Assembly: GCA_015660865.1 (NCBI GenBank)
Contig: JACTUA010000004.1
Span: 20,111-84,110, forward strand
Direction: 5' to 3'
Length of the DNA stretch: 64,000 nucleotides
Source of the DNA: Methanomicrobiales archaeon
GTDB lineage: Archaea > Halobacteriota > Methanomicrobia > Methanomicrobiales > JACTUA01
Shown here: positions 9,432 through 18,282 of the stretch, one piece after another
How the letters are laid out: each line of letters begins with the position of its first letter
Position numbering within the stretch: position 1 is the first letter of the stretch
Notes under the pieces: generated by a model
Seen by the model: only the letters and a program-made list of their open reading frames with translations
Told to the model about the DNA's origin: nothing
Database searches by the model: none
Position numbers and translations under genes: made by a program

Positions 9432-10104
9432 GGAGGCCATCAAGGCCTTCAGGGACGGGAAGTTCATCCTCCTCTATGACTTCGACGACCGCGAGCGGGA
9501 GACCGATTTTGCCATTCGGGCCGATGCGGTGACCAGGCACCACATCATGTGGATGCGGAAGGACGGGGGCGGGCTCATCTGCACGGCGGTCCACCCCGAT
9601 GCAGCGGAGCGGCTCGGCCTCCCCTTTGCCCGGGATCTCATGTCCGCGTACCAGGGCGTGGAGCGCCTCGGGGAGATCCCTTATGACCGGAAGAACCCCT
9701 CATCGTTCTCCATCTGGGTGAACCACCGGAACACCTTCACCGGTATCACCGACCGGGACCGCTCCCTCACCATCAACACCATCGCCGAGCAGGTGAAGGC
9801 CGCCATGAACGGCGGGGGCGGAACGGAGTTCCACCGCATCTTCCGGACGCCCGGCCACGTCGCCCTTCTCCGGGCTGCGAAGGGCCTCCTGGACCAGCGG
9901 TGCGGCCAGACCGAGCTCTCCATCGCCCTCGCAGAATTCGCGGGGATCACCCCGGCGGTCACCATCTGCGAGATGCTGGACGACGAGACCGGCTATGCTC
10001 TCCCAAAGGAGGATGCCATCCGCTATGCCCGGAGGCACGGCCTCCCGTTCGTCGAGGGGTGCGAGGTCCTCGAGCGGTGGGAAAAGGAGAAGTCCTCGCG
10101 GTAG
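9424..10104 (+). CDS. ribB: 3,4-dihydroxy-2-butanone-4-phosphate synthase
   Basis: 226 aa with the RibB motifs DRERETDF and GGLICTA. It overlaps the ribK end by 8 nt. Confidence 0.9.
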   Translation: MLEEAIKAFRDGKFILLYDFDDRERETDFAIRADAVTRHHIMWMRKDGGGLICTAVHPDAAERLGLPFARDLMSAYQGVERLGEIPYDRKNPSSFSIWVNHRNTFTGITDRDRSLTINTIAEQVKAAMNGGGGTEFHRIFRTPGHVALLRAAKGLLDQRCGQTELSIALAEFAGITPAVTICEMLDDETGYALPKEDAIRYARRHGLPFVEGCEVLERWEKEKSSR

Positions 10105-10134
10105 AAGGGCGAGATCACGCCACGAAACAAACAA

Positions 10135-10296
10135 TTACTTCTCTGCCAGGTCCTTCAGAACATCCTCGGGGAGCTTCTTTGCGAAGTCCATCTTCGTCGG
10201 GCAGCTCCCCATCTTGATTCCCCGCTTCTTCACCTCGCTCTTCAGGGCAGCCGAGCTGATCTTCTTCACCAGGGCCTTGAGCTCTTCGTCTTTCAT
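10135..10296 (-). CDS. Small Lys-rich hypothetical protein (53 aa, below the ORF-track cutoff)
   Basis: Hand translation gives MKDEELKALVKKISSAALKSEVKKRGIKMGSCPTKMDFAKKLPEDVLKDLAEK*. It shows strong G/C third-position bias like the neighbours. GGTGGAG lies about 6 nt upstream of the ATG. Confidence 0.5.
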   Translation of the reverse strand: MKDEELKALVKKISSAALKSEVKKRGIKMGSCPTKMDFAKKLPEDVLKDLAEK

Positions 10297-10401
10297 ACCT
10301 CTCCACCATGAGATGATACCCCCATTCCTTCCCTTAAAACTTTCCCGGGCACGGAAACGAGAGATTATGGGTACGGATGACTATTCTTCAGGTGAGAACC
10401 C

Positions 10402-10674
10402 ATGATCCGCCTCACCTGCCGGCGCTGCAAGGGGACGGGGACGATCCCGAACGTCGCGTACGAGGTCTGCCGCACGATGCAGTCGCACGATGCAAAGCGC
10501 TACTTCTACATGAACCAGGAGCATACCCCCGGGGAAGAGAATGAGAAGGGGGACGGCTGCTCCGTGCACGAGAAGACCGCGATCTGTCCCCAGTGCGACG
10601 GGGAGGGATCCCTGGAGTTCGACGAGGAGGAATGGGAACTCACGGTTGTACCGGAGGAGGACGAGGAGGGGTAG
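10402..10674 (+). CDS. Small zinc-finger protein (DnaJ-type CxxCxGxG-like motifs), acidic C-terminus
   Basis: 90 aa with CRRCKGTG and CPQCDGEG motifs. Codon bias is host-like. Confidence 0.55.
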   Translation: MIRLTCRRCKGTGTIPNVAYEVCRTMQSHDAKRYFYMNQEHTPGEENEKGDGCSVHEKTAICPQCDGEGSLEFDEEEWELTVVPEEDEEG

Positions 10675-10805
10675 AGGGGGGCTGAACGGGTGTCCCCCGA
10701 AACGGTGGGGGTTGCCCGTGCGACGAGGGGGGTTTACTGATTTTTTACATTCTGACTATAATCAAGCAAATATAAATTCCTTTTATCAAAAGACTACATA
10801 ATGAT

Positions 10806-11270
10806 ATGAAACGACCGAAATTAGCAGTTACAGACATGGACAAGCCCATTGCAGAGCTTGTGAGGAAGACGGACCATAAAACATTGGCAATCTGGGCTGC
10901 TGACTGTGCAGAGCGTGCACTACCATACTTTGAGGAAAAATACCCAGAGGACACTCGTCTACGCAAAGCTATAGAAGCGTGCCGAGAGTGGGCACGTACT
11001 GGCGTGTTCAGGATGGCCGATGTACGCAAAACTTCACTTGCAGCTCATGCAGCTGCCCGTGATGTAAAAGAGGATAATGCAGCCCGTTCTGCTGCCCGTG
11101 CCGCAGGTCAAGCGTTGGCAACTGCTCATGTTCCTGCTCATGCTCTCGCTGCTGCTATTTACGCTGCTACCGCTGTCCGGGATGCTACCAACTCTCCTGA
11201 TGCAGATATTGCCACGACCAGAGAACGTGATTGGCAATATCAACACTTACTCAAATTGACAGAAAAATGA
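10806..11270 (+). CDS. Imm5-like putative immunity protein (family often mis-annotated as SbcC-like)
   Basis: 154 aa. The Ala-rich helical repeats IWAADCAERALPYFEEKYPEDTRLRKAIEACREWARTG and AAHAAARDV...AARAAGQALATAHVPAHA resemble the Imm5 family as I remember it. A/T-ending codons differ strongly from the flanking genes. Confidence 0.55.
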   Translation: MKRPKLAVTDMDKPIAELVRKTDHKTLAIWAADCAERALPYFEEKYPEDTRLRKAIEACREWARTGVFRMADVRKTSLAAHAAARDVKEDNAARSAARAAGQALATAHVPAHALAAAIYAATAVRDATNSPDADIATTRERDWQYQHLLKLTEK

Positions 11271-11340
11271 ACCTCCTGATTTTCCGTACACGGAACATCA
11301 AAGGTCCCGAAAACTTCCGTTCACAAATCCCAGGCACTCC

Positions 11341-11499
11341 GGGGGGGATGGCCGCGCCGGGGGGCGGAGCCCCCCAAGAGCCCATGACGAGGAGGATCGG
11401 AGATCTCAAACCGCGTTCTGATCCGCCCTTGAAAGTTGAATAGTGGACGCTCCTGGGGGCTTCGCCTTTGGGCTCGCCCCCGCCGCTGTGGCGTCCCCC
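11341..11499. mobile_element. MITE-like element: family B inverted units flanking a ~60-nt core
   Basis: The left unit is at 11341-11384 (GGGGGGGATGGCCGCGCCGG...CCCCCAAGAGCCCA). The right unit is at 11445-11499 (GGACGCTCCTGGGGGCTTCGCC...GCGTCCCCC). The two arms align as ~50-bp terminal inverted repeats, with the same architecture as 28807-28963. Confidence 0.6.
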
Positions 11500-11622
11500 A
11501 GATACGATAGCCCGATGAACGAGTTCCTTGAAGAAAATCCGGATTCGTGTAATGTAAATAGAGCAACCGCAGGAGATGAATCCTGAAAGGTGATGTATCG
11601 AGGAACGAAAAAAAGTTGAGTT

Positions 11623-12498
11623 TTAGGCGTAGGGGTCCCGCAGCGCCTTGTTGACGCCGAAGGTCTTGCGCCCTTCCACCGTCGCCCGGTTCTTGTCGAT
11701 CTTCTCCTTGGCGAGTTTCGTGACGAGCTCGAGGCCGGGCTTGACCCCCTCGATGGGCTTCGTCTCGAACATGCCCGAGGCAACCGCCTTGGACCAGACG
11801 TCATTCCCCACCTTGGTGCGGACAAAGACCGTCGACCAGCCGTCGGGGCTCCCGACCGAGCCGGTCGAGATGTCGCCGAGGTTGGAGACATAGTCGAGGC
11901 AGACGTGGCAGCCGGGCTGCTCGTACTTGTGGGTCACCTTGAGCGGCAGGGTAACGACGTTCCCGCGCTCGGTGTAGATCCAGTACTTGCCCTTCCCGAT
12001 CTCCATCTTCTTTACGGAGTGGAGACTCTGGCCCGCGTGGTCCTCGACGATGCACTGCATGGACTTGTACGGGAAGTTCTCCATGCAGAAGAGGCCGACC
12101 GCAAGCGCGATCTTGCCCGGGACATCCCGCATGTTGACGGGATAGAGCTGGGCCTTCCTGACCGCCTGCATCTGGCAGCAGACGCCCGTGATCCCGACCT
12201 TGTCCAGGCCGAAGGAACGGGTCGCCTCCTTGAGCAGGGAGATCTGGGGGCTGATGTTATACTTCGTCCCCCGGGCCTTGAGGATGTCCTCGCGGCTCAT
12301 GGCGATAAACGGGCGAGGCTGCCAGGGCCGGTCGCCCTTGCCTGCCACGATGGCCCCGTCGATGATCCCCTGTTCAAGGGCATAGACCATGAGGGTGGTG
12401 GCGATGCCGCCGTCCTGCGCCTTCTGGAGGATCTCCTTGTCGGTGCTCCGCGCTGAGACACAGGTCGTGTATTTGCCGAGATATGGATCTGATACCAT
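11623..12498 (-). CDS. frhB: Coenzyme F420-reducing hydrogenase subunit beta
   Basis: FrhB-like (GKYTTCVSARSTDKEILQKAQDGGI...). I chose the ATG at 12498, preceded by AGGTGA, rather than the track GTG at 12507. Confidence 0.9.
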   Translation of the reverse strand: MVSDPYLGKYTTCVSARSTDKEILQKAQDGGIATTLMVYALEQGIIDGAIVAGKGDRPWQPRPFIAMSREDILKARGTKYNISPQISLLKEATRSFGLDKVGITGVCCQMQAVRKAQLYPVNMRDVPGKIALAVGLFCMENFPYKSMQCIVEDHAGQSLHSVKKMEIGKGKYWIYTERGNVVTLPLKVTHKYEQPGCHVCLDYVSNLGDISTGSVGSPDGWSTVFVRTKVGNDVWSKAVASGMFETKPIEGVKPGLELVTKLAKEKIDKNRATVEGRKTFGVNKALRDPYA

Positions 12499-12508
12499 CT
12501 CTCTCACC

Positions 12509-13372
12509 TCACTTGAGCGCTCCAGCGATGATCTCGCTGATGCCCTCGAATTCTGGAATCACGTCGAAGTTGAAGAACGACCGTGGGCATGCCCCGTAGC
12601 AGGAGCCGCACTTGATGCAGAGGTCACGCTGGCCCTGCGGCTTCCCGAACTCGTGCGTGATGGCACGGACGGGGCAGGATGCAGCGCAGGTACCGCAGCC
12701 CATGCAGAGGCCCTGGTTGATCACGTCGTTCATCAGGTCGCAGAAGCACGCCGTTGTGCCGCGCTTCGCAAGGGCCATGAGGGGCTTCAAGTATTTGCCC
12801 GCGAGGGCCTTCTGGTCTGCGTTCCCCTGCAGGAGCAGGTACGCCATGACCGCGACGTTCCTTATCAGCTCCGGGCTCGGGGGGCATCCGGGGATGTAAA
12901 CATCCACGTCGATGAGATTCCCGATGGGGAGGAAGGACTCATGCTGGGGCTGGTTGTGCTGCCCGCCGCGGGCGAACCTCGTGATGTTCCCGTAGCTCGC
13001 GCAGGAGCCGAGGGCCACCACGACCTTTGACTTCTTCCGCGTCTCCTTGATCTCCTCCACCGATTCATGGTCCTGGATGCAGACCGAACCCTCGACAAGG
13101 GCCACGTCCATCTCAGGGATGTGCCGCACATCGGCGAGAGTGAGACAGTAGACGAGGTCGGCGTAGTCGTCCAGGATCTTGATGAGTCCCAAATAGTTGT
13201 CGGCCACGGACACCAGGCAGCCGGTACAGCCGCTCAGGTGTACGTGTCCGAGCTTGATCTTGTTTGCCACAGGTTTCGCCTCCTTTTTAGCTTCCACCTT
13301 CTTCTCCGTCGCAACCCCGGCAGGCTTGGCCTCCCCACCGATGGTCTTCTTGATGGAGTTCAATAGTCCCAT
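12509..13372 (-). CDS. frhG: Coenzyme F420-reducing hydrogenase subunit gamma (small subunit, Fe-S)
   Basis: 287 aa with a NiFe small-subunit core (HLSGCTGC) and C-terminal ferredoxin-like Cys clusters. Confidence 0.9.
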   Translation of the reverse strand: MGLLNSIKKTIGGEAKPAGVATEKKVEAKKEAKPVANKIKLGHVHLSGCTGCLVSVADNYLGLIKILDDYADLVYCLTLADVRHIPEMDVALVEGSVCIQDHESVEEIKETRKKSKVVVALGSCASYGNITRFARGGQHNQPQHESFLPIGNLIDVDVYIPGCPPSPELIRNVAVMAYLLLQGNADQKALAGKYLKPLMALAKRGTTACFCDLMNDVINQGLCMGCGTCAASCPVRAITHEFGKPQGQRDLCIKCGSCYGACPRSFFNFDVIPEFEGISEIIAGALK

Positions 13373-13375
13373 AGT

Positions 13376-13846
13376 TCACCCGATCTCCTTCAGTATCTCG
13401 GATACAGCTCCGGGAATGGCTCTCTCTACCTCGTCTGTAATCCCGATGACCATCTCGGGGGCAGAAACGTACTTCTTCTGGCACACAAGGACCCGGATCT
13501 TGATGTCGTCCTTGATATGCTGGAGCGGCTCGGTCAGGTCCCATGAGTGGGCGTCCCGGTAACTCCCCACGGGGAGCTCGTCTACGGCGAGCCACCTGAG
13601 CTCGCCGGGCTCCCCCCCGAAGTCCGCGATGTCCACGATGATGAGCTTCTTCGTGGACTCGGGGTCGAGGAGGGTAAAGACGAAATGGGGGCCCCCGAGC
13701 CCCGCGTCAACGACCTTGACCTTCTCGGGGAGCTCGAGGCCCTGGAGACTCTCCACTACAGCGGGTCCGAACCCGTCGTCCGCGTAGAGCGGGTTGCCGC
13801 AGCCTGCCACCACGATCTCGGGATACAGAGGTTCCATTCCCTTCAC
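13376..13846 (-). CDS. frhD: F420-reducing hydrogenase maturation protease
   Basis: 156 aa with the motif VAGCGNPLYADDGFG typical of HycI/FrhD endopeptidases. It sits between frhA and frhG. Confidence 0.88.
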   Translation of the reverse strand: MKGMEPLYPEIVVAGCGNPLYADDGFGPAVVESLQGLELPEKVKVVDAGLGGPHFVFTLLDPESTKKLIIVDIADFGGEPGELRWLAVDELPVGSYRDAHSWDLTEPLQHIKDDIKIRVLVCQKKYVSAPEMVIGITDEVERAIPGAVSEILKEIG

Positions 13847-15211
13847 TTAGATGAGCTTCTGGGCTACCAGCCTGTTCTCCTGGTCCACCACGATCATGTG
13901 GGTTGCGCACGAGACGCACGGGTCATACGCCCGGACGACCATCTCGGCGATCTGCCAGGGCGCTCCTGTCAGACCGCGGCTGCAGGTCGGGAGGTTCCAG
14001 GTGGTGGGCACGAGCATCTCATACCACAGCACCCGCCCGTCCTTCACCCGTGCAAGGTGGACATCGGTCCCGCGTGGGGCCTCGTTCGCGGCCCAGCCGA
14101 GCGACCCGTCTCCCTGGGGGATGGGGTCTGCAAGGACCTTCCCCGAGGTGTCAAGCGCATCAAGGCACTTGAGGATGCTGTATAAGCAGTCCGGATACTC
14201 AAGCTGCCGGGCGACGTGCTGGGCGAAGGTGCCCTTCTCATCGAAGTGCTTGAACGTGGCGAGCCGTGCCCTCGGGCCGACCTCGACCGGCTGCCCGTCC
14301 ATTGTCGGGACACCGGTGCAGGCCTCCATCTGGGGGTTCGCCTTGGTGCCTACCTTCGTGGTTCCGCCGACGGGGTAGCTCGGGTCCTCGAGGTCGATGG
14401 TTACCTCACCCATGTACCAGTCCCATGGCCGGGTCTCTTTCCAGCGGGCGATGTCCCAGGTGGGCTTCTCGTCAAGGCTGGAGGAACCGTACATCGGGGA
14501 TGTCGCCATGACGCCCTGGGAATGGTACCCGAGCGTCTTGGGGATGGGGATCTTCTTGCCCGCGACATCGGTGAACTCACGGTTCTGCATGTTCCTGATG
14601 ACCGCGATCATGAACTCCATCTGCTCGCGGGCAAGGACGAGCCCCTCCCTGGCGAGGTCATACATCTTCTGCCTCGCCCGGGGACTCACGTTGCGGTACA
14701 TCCCGCCGACTCTCGGGTTGGAGGGGTGTACTGCCTCGCCGCCCGCGATCATGCCGATGCTCTGGCCGATCTCGCGGATGCGGATGATCCTCGCCGCAAC
14801 GCTCCTGACAGGCTGCTCCTTGGTGAACGGGTTGATCTTCGTCTCCGTCCCCGGAATGTAAAAGTCCGGAAGGATCAGGATGTTGTGCAGGGCGATGCTG
14901 TGGAGCCGGTTTGCTGCATGGAGAATGACCCGCAGGAGCTTTGCGTCCGTCGGGATCTCGCAGCCGACTGAGGCCTCCATGGCCTCGATGCCCGCCAGGC
15001 AGTGGGCGATGGGACAGATGCCGCAGACCCGAGAGGCAATCTTCGGGACCTGGTCCATCGTCTTACCGATGGCGAGTTTCTCAACACCCCTGACAGGGGT
15101 GATGGAGAGCCAGTCTCCTCGCTCGATGATTCCCTGATCATTGACCTTCAGGGTGAGCTTGGAGTGGCCTTCATGTCTCGTGGTTGGAGAGATCTCTACA
15201 ACTTTCGACAA
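13847..15211 (-). CDS. frhA: Coenzyme F420-reducing hydrogenase subunit alpha (NiFe large subunit)
   Basis: 454 aa with the N-terminal RVCGICP motif and C-terminal DPCVSCATH NiFe-ligand motif. Confidence 0.95.
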   Translation of the reverse strand: MSKVVEISPTTRHEGHSKLTLKVNDQGIIERGDWLSITPVRGVEKLAIGKTMDQVPKIASRVCGICPIAHCLAGIEAMEASVGCEIPTDAKLLRVILHAANRLHSIALHNILILPDFYIPGTETKINPFTKEQPVRSVAARIIRIREIGQSIGMIAGGEAVHPSNPRVGGMYRNVSPRARQKMYDLAREGLVLAREQMEFMIAVIRNMQNREFTDVAGKKIPIPKTLGYHSQGVMATSPMYGSSSLDEKPTWDIARWKETRPWDWYMGEVTIDLEDPSYPVGGTTKVGTKANPQMEACTGVPTMDGQPVEVGPRARLATFKHFDEKGTFAQHVARQLEYPDCLYSILKCLDALDTSGKVLADPIPQGDGSLGWAANEAPRGTDVHLARVKDGRVLWYEMLVPTTWNLPTCSRGLTGAPWQIAEMVVRAYDPCVSCATHMIVVDQENRLVAQKLI

Positions 15212-15571
15212 TGGTATCGCCTCGTTTTCGATTCGGTGTTCTTCAGGCTGTACCGTAGTTAAGGCACACTCTGTGCGATTGTTCTGCGATAGTTACCCGT
15301 ACATAAAGTACGTTAGACTGCTACTTTCGCCATGACGTTAATTATAGCTTTCGTTTTGGGATCCCTCGACGCATTTTTGCTCACACGAATGCTGAAAAAC
15401 GTACAACTCCGACGCAATCGCTTCATCGGGGGAGTTACGGAAGATTCCACCCTGAGAAAACCCCGCTCTGTGATGTTCCGGATTGATATGGAGGCATGAG
15501 GGCCAGCTTCCATGTGACAGATGGATCAACCGGCCTTGCGGGAAGGAGAAGCGCTCCAAAAAAGGGGGCCA

Positions 15572-16537
15572 TCACAGGAGGGAGAGCTCCCCCTCCATCT
15601 CCACCATCAGCTCGGCGAGGGTCGCCTTCCGCTCGGCATAGGCGTTATGCTGGTGGATCGACTCCTCGTTGGTCTGCTTGATGGTGACCACCGAATCGGC
15701 GGGAAGTTTGCTGAAGGTGCCGAGGACCTTCCGGGCGATCTCCCGGACGCAGTCTTCTACGAACCTCGGGTTCTTGTGGGCCTCGAGGACGACGTAACTC
15801 TCGTCGCCGCGCTTGAGGAGCTCGTAGATCCTGGCCGACATGGAGTCCTTGAGGATATCGATGATCTCCTCGAGGCCCACCCGCTGGTCGTCGTCGGTCT
15901 CGAGACAGAGGAAGCCCTTCCCCCGCTGGTTGTGGGTGGCCATGGGGACCTCGGCGAAGAAAGCGTCCACTTTCTCCTGGGAGATACCGAGGTTGCGGAG
16001 GACATGGGTGGCCCGGTCCTTCATGATGTCCTGGGCACAGGGGCAGGCGGTCATGCCGGTCACCTCGGCCCCGATGGACTTCCGGACAAATGGATTCGTG
16101 TCGTTCCGGCGTGCCACCGCTTTTGCGTACACCATAACCACCTCGTGACAGGCCGTCATGCTCACCGGTGTCTCCCTCCTCTGCATGAACTGGCTCCTCA
16201 TGGTTACCTCGGTGCGGTCCGCGTACTCGTGGCGGTCGAGGAGCCTCCGGGCAACGGTGGAACAGAGCTGCTCCACCTCCTTCACCTCGCCTTCGATGGC
16301 ATGCTGGAGGACCTCGTCGATGACCTCGAAGTTGCGGGAGAGGTTCGCCCCCTTGAGGGATGCCGGGAGGTCGACAAAGACGTCGAAGGTGGAGATGAAG
16401 ATGACCGGGCGCTTGTTCGGCCTCGCGACCTCCACGAGCTTCTTGACGTTCGTCACGCCCACCCGGGTCAGGTTGATGCAGACCTCGGGGCAGCTGGCCT
16501 GGACATCGGGCAGATCCGTTGAAGAAGTACGCGTCAT
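15572..16537 (-). CDS. mptA: GTP cyclohydrolase MptA (FolE2/type IB family, methanopterin biosynthesis)
   Basis: 321 aa resembling the GTP cyclohydrolase FolE2/MptA family (DLPDVQ..., GMTACPCAQ, HNQRG). Confidence 0.82.
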   Translation of the reverse strand: MTRTSSTDLPDVQASCPEVCINLTRVGVTNVKKLVEVARPNKRPVIFISTFDVFVDLPASLKGANLSRNFEVIDEVLQHAIEGEVKEVEQLCSTVARRLLDRHEYADRTEVTMRSQFMQRRETPVSMTACHEVVMVYAKAVARRNDTNPFVRKSIGAEVTGMTACPCAQDIMKDRATHVLRNLGISQEKVDAFFAEVPMATHNQRGKGFLCLETDDDQRVGLEEIIDILKDSMSARIYELLKRGDESYVVLEAHKNPRFVEDCVREIARKVLGTFSKLPADSVVTIKQTNEESIHQHNAYAERKATLAELMVEMEGELSLL

Positions 16538-16639
16538 GGAGAGAGAACTACTGATAGCGGGAAATAAGGATGATCCGCTAATGAATCTTCACTTCCTTGA
16601 TATAATCTTTATCTCTTTTCACCGCAGATATCTGCGGGT

Positions 16640-17638
16640 ATGGAACCCACGATACCCAGGTACTTTGAAGATGATGCCGATCTCGGCGTGCTGAAGGGAA
16701 AGAAGATCGCGGTCATCGGCTACGGCTCCCAGGGGCGCGGGCAGTCCCTGAACCTCCGGGACAGCGGGCTCTCGGTGATCATCGGCCTCAGGCCGGGGAA
16801 GAGCTGGGACAGGGCGAAGGAGGAGGGATTCGAGGTCCTGCTCGTGAAGGACGCAGTGAAGAAAGCGGACATCGTCCAGATCCTCCTCCCCGACGAGCAC
16901 CAAGCGGCGGTGTACAGGACCGAGATCCACCCGAACCTGAAGGCAAAATCCTGCCTCATGTTCTCTCACGGGTTCAACATCCACTTCGGTCAGATCGTCC
17001 CCCCCTCCACGGTGGATGTCATCATGGTGGCCCCGAAGGGGCCCGGCGCCATGGTGAGGCGCACCTACGAGGAGGGGAAGGGTGTTCCCGCCCTCATCGC
17101 CATCCACCAGGATGCCTCTGGGAAGGCCCGTGACATCGCCCTCGCTTACGCGAAGGGGATCGGTGCGACCCGGGCTGTGGTCCTGGAGACCACCTTCCGC
17201 GAGGAGACCGAAACAGACCTCTTTGGCGAGCAGGCAGTCCTCTGCGGCGGGTGCACCTCCCTCATCAAGGCCGGCTTTGAGACCCTGGTGGACGCGGGGT
17301 ACGCCCCCGAGATGGCATACCTCGAGATCCTCCACGAGCTGAAGCTCATCGTCGACCTGATCCACGAGGGCGGCCTCACGAATATGCGGGCGGCCATCAG
17401 CAACACCGCCCAGTACGGCGACCTCACACGTGGACCCCGGGTCATCGGGCCCGAGGTGTACGGGGTCATGCAGGAGATCCTCGACGAGATCCAGTCCGGG
17501 GAATTTGCAAAGGAGTGGATCCTGGAGAACCAGGTGAACCGGCCGGTCTTCAATGCCCTCACCAAGGCAGATGAGGAACACCTGATCGAGGAGGTCGGCA
17601 GGGACCTCCGCGCCCTGATGCCCCAGTTCAAGAAGTGA
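16640..17638 (+). CDS. ilvC: Ketol-acid reductoisomerase
   Basis: 332 aa with the motifs [17 protein letters not shown] and [11 protein letters not shown]. Confidence 0.95.
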   Translation: MEPTIPRYFEDDADLGVLKGKKIAVIGYGSQGRGQSLNLRDSGLSVIIGLRPGKSWDRAKEEGFEVLLVKDAVKKADIVQILLPDEHQAAVYRTEIHPNLKAKSCLMFSHGFNIHFGQIVPPSTVDVIMVAPKGPGAMVRRTYEEGKGVPALIAIHQDASGKARDIALAYAKGIGATRAVVLETTFREETETDLFGEQAVLCGGCTSLIKAGFETLVDAGYAPEMAYLEILHELKLIVDLIHEGGLTNMRAAISNTAQYGDLTRGPRVIGPEVYGVMQEILDEIQSGEFAKEWILENQVNRPVFNALTKADEEHLIEEVGRDLRALMPQFKK

Positions 17639-17726
17639 CCTTCTTTCTCCCGAGGGGATTGATATCCCCTCCGGGTTCAGGAGGTAATCTTCCTTCTCCC
17701 TCGGGGAATTGAGATTTCCCCCCGAG
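17639..17726. repeat. Two tandem copies of family A hairpin repeat immediately after the ilvC stop
   Basis: Copies at 17639-17675 (GAGGGGAT-TGAT-ATCCCCTC) and 17688-17726 (CGGGGAA-TTGAGA-TTTCCCCCCG) are homologous to 2808-2898. Confidence 0.75.
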
Positions 17727-17780
17727 ATCAAAAAATACCCCCACCCCATTCTTTAACTTCTTCCGGCCTGACATTTCCAC

Positions 17781-18266
17781 ATGTCCGTCTGCATCGTCTA
17801 CCACTCCGAGACCGGGAACACGAAGAAGGTGGCCGAATATGTTGCAAAGGCAACCGGTGCGACCCTGATACCTGTCAGGGACTGCGCCGGCTACAACAAG
17901 ATTACCATGTACCTCCTCGGGATTCCGAGGGCCCGGGCCGGGGATAAGGCAACCATCGAACCTCCGATGATCGATGTCTCGACCTTTGACCTCGTCGTCA
18001 TCGGCTCTCCCGTCTGGGCGTGGAAGCCGACACCGGCGGCAAATGCGGCCATCGCCGCCCTTTCCGGCTGCGAGGGGAAGAAGGGCATCGTCTTTGCCAC
18101 ATCGGGAGGGATGCCGAAAGACACCCTGCCGGTCATGAAGAGTGCACTTGAGGGAAAGGGTGTGAAGGTCAATGGGTCATTCCACTTTTCAATAAAGGAG
18201 CTTGGTGACGAGAAGAAACTGAAGGAGTTTGTCGACGCGATCAGGAGCGCCCAGGGAAAAACCTGA
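17781..18266 (+). CDS. Flavodoxin family protein
   Basis: 161 aa with an N-terminal flavodoxin signature (IVYHSETGNTKKVAE). Confidence 0.75.
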   Translation: MSVCIVYHSETGNTKKVAEYVAKATGATLIPVRDCAGYNKITMYLLGIPRARAGDKATIEPPMIDVSTFDLVVIGSPVWAWKPTPAANAAIAALSGCEGKKGIVFATSGGMPKDTLPVMKSALEGKGVKVNGSFHFSIKELGDEKKLKEFVDAIRSAQGKT

Positions 18267-18282
18267 TTGAAGAAGGAGCGGA

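Noticed and set aside
15313-15559. Two overlapping small ORFs (66 and 73 aa) upstream of frhA.
   Set aside because: They have no G/C third-position bias, no motif and overlapping frames. The region is treated as non-coding leader or regulatory sequence.
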